Of a DNA stretch of 64,000 bases, positions 63,601 to 64,000 are shown in pieces. The notes under the pieces are model-generated. The model was not told the origin of the DNA. It saw only the letters and a program-made list of their open reading frames with translations, and searched no databases. A program made the position numbers and the translations under genes. The stretch covers positions 124,001-188,000 of the forward strand of contig OZ316891.1 in assembly GCA_973895155.1 (NCBI GenBank), in the 5' to 3' direction. Position 1 is the stretch's first letter. Every line of letters starts with the position of its first letter. The stretch comes from Marsupella aquatica. Its lineage: Eukaryota; Plantae; Marchantiophyta.

Positions 63601-63724
63601 GTACACCTCGGATTTTTCGACCTCTTCGCTAGTCCTGCAGCCATTGGAATTTGAACTGGAGGAAGTTCGTTACTTGGAAGTTTATCTGTCTGATGCTCCC
63701 ATAAAACCAACTAGGCCCTCCTGA
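60671..63724 (+). CDS. gag: Gag-protease polyprotein: capsid, three CX2CX4HX4C knuckles, aspartic protease
   Basis: CTRCSQQGHYPNEC, CWNCGQPDHYSPQC, CGNCGKEGHLPVEC; VDGGASVNLI...VLLGRPWL. Confidence 0.95.
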   Translation: MSEGDPPNKRKPTKTSSNSDAAKLVVTPRTLLPEFQSPGAPAPGSVWKQVGSIQEASGSLERPTSTRPLFVNLRSGPKLIGSQKTKLRQQTVRSVNQIDSGVDSTTERALSHTEGRNLGLPENTVAESLAQDNSVDLSQLDNPEPLSEAGGSSSSETSSSSGLGSPNPFATRSALPFVTLLAPTTMARNNVRYDRFFGTSKEDAEVYLKEFEAAAASNGQSQDAEKANLFGGLMKKGAQKWYDRFPDKQDWGKLKAAFLAKYKEEGAAARAFARISHLHMKKHGSVRKYADKLLDLVDQYNPATSKSTIKDWFINGLPSRIARYVRREGGTTLEEVQEAAQKYVDSEISERKRVKKDLKKDKRKKKKTSRSKSDSETESSGSSTSEEDESTNSSTSDSSSSSSDSESVAPKKKKSSVKGNNKVPNQKKMDRMMEELSGQLSKLNVNIAAVKPVRRLPAPMRMNVWCTRCSQQGHYPNECPTLRTPVNYVDGQEEAEEYEYDPTYTVQTAPPGQYFPPPPASRPTWGPPKPTFNKPTSRPPMGPPGGYPPRGMPRQKGACWNCGQPDHYSPQCPYPKQEVGYTPVCGNCGKEGHLPVECPNLAKPRLMVRFAQEPVKEASRPEAKIRMVYSEEMEQCSFIQHMDVNRVELKPDSLFHQPVSGVVPDVLVSHLVKPEVVGMPNDRVQNRDKVLTNIYATTRSKKKETKKHEHQKVAKAPKDEGRKPCKEGLDKEDDPAYDRYDPKYFLPDISLEVKDHLEELVKEQVQSPNPPVVVKAKEPLKNPGYDIVEDVKNHPAHITIGELLQDNPVYRRQLRSLLAGKRRKKKLPSVDVLRTEWEDKGPMEIEVQIQGCVIRRVPVDGGASVNLITQSAAFNLGFTKFEPTPKILRMADQSRVVPIGKLTRVETLIAGVPFLLDYVVINPEIPSSFPVLLGRPWLYKAQVQVNWQSQELSFGKPKVTVSWVPEPHFGETQTDDGYTSDFSTSSLVLQPLEFELEEVRYLEVYLSDAPIKPTRPS

Positions 63725-64000
63725 CAATTAACTTCATCATCGGAAGTGGGCCCAGCAGCAGACGAACCTCCTAATACTGAGGCTAATAGGGATTTACACC
63801 ATGATATGGGAGTGTCAGCTACCCTTGAGCCATTTGCACCAGAAGTATCCAAACTTGGACTTCAGCCGGCAAACCTCACGGATGGAATTGTGGATCCAAA
63901 AGCTTGTCAGAAAATCGAAATTGAGCCAGGCAAGTTTTTGAATATTGGTAAGCATATCGAAGGAGAGCATTTTGCAGCAGCAGCAGATTTTGCCAATGAC
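63725..64000 (+). CDS. pol: In-frame continuation after the gag-pro stop (probable start of the RT-containing pol)
   Basis: 92 open codons to the window end; KIEIEPGKFLNIGKHI resembles the pre-RT segment of gypsy Pol. Confidence 0.65.

Larger units (their letters stand above)
58066..64000 (+). mobile_element. Family D Ty3/gypsy-type LTR retrotransposon (5' LTR 58066-59452, PBS 59459-59476), runs off the window
   Basis: TGTGG...CGACA LTR, tRNA-Asp-type PBS, long gag-pro ORF. Confidence 0.92.

Overview
Eukaryotic land-plant-like DNA (spliced genes, TTTAGGG repeats; probably a non-seed plant, which is inferred). One intact host gene, an 8-exon pyrroline-5-carboxylate reductase (1236-3880), is followed by ~58 kb of nested transposons that can be ordered by target-site duplications (TSDs). 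An old CACTA element was split inside its transposase by a 41-kb Sola1-like DNA transposon (6087-47344; 26-bp TIRs, CTTT TSD). Its own ~12.7-kb core carries a DDD transposase fused to CACTA-type accessory domains, a ParB-like/N4-N6 DNA-methyltransferase-like protein, an FCP1-type HAD phosphatase and arrays of a 25-bp palindrome. Nested in it are a three-LTR tandem of a Gag-only LTR retroelement (10470-22303), a 13.4-kb CACTA carrying an EDM2-like PHD gene and a tandem-BRCT gene (24891-38320), and a truncated LTR element. The right end holds more LTR elements, ending in a Ty3/gypsy gag-pro ORF whose stop lies in a TGA-CAATTA readthrough context. All domain calls are by-eye motif recognition, not database searches.
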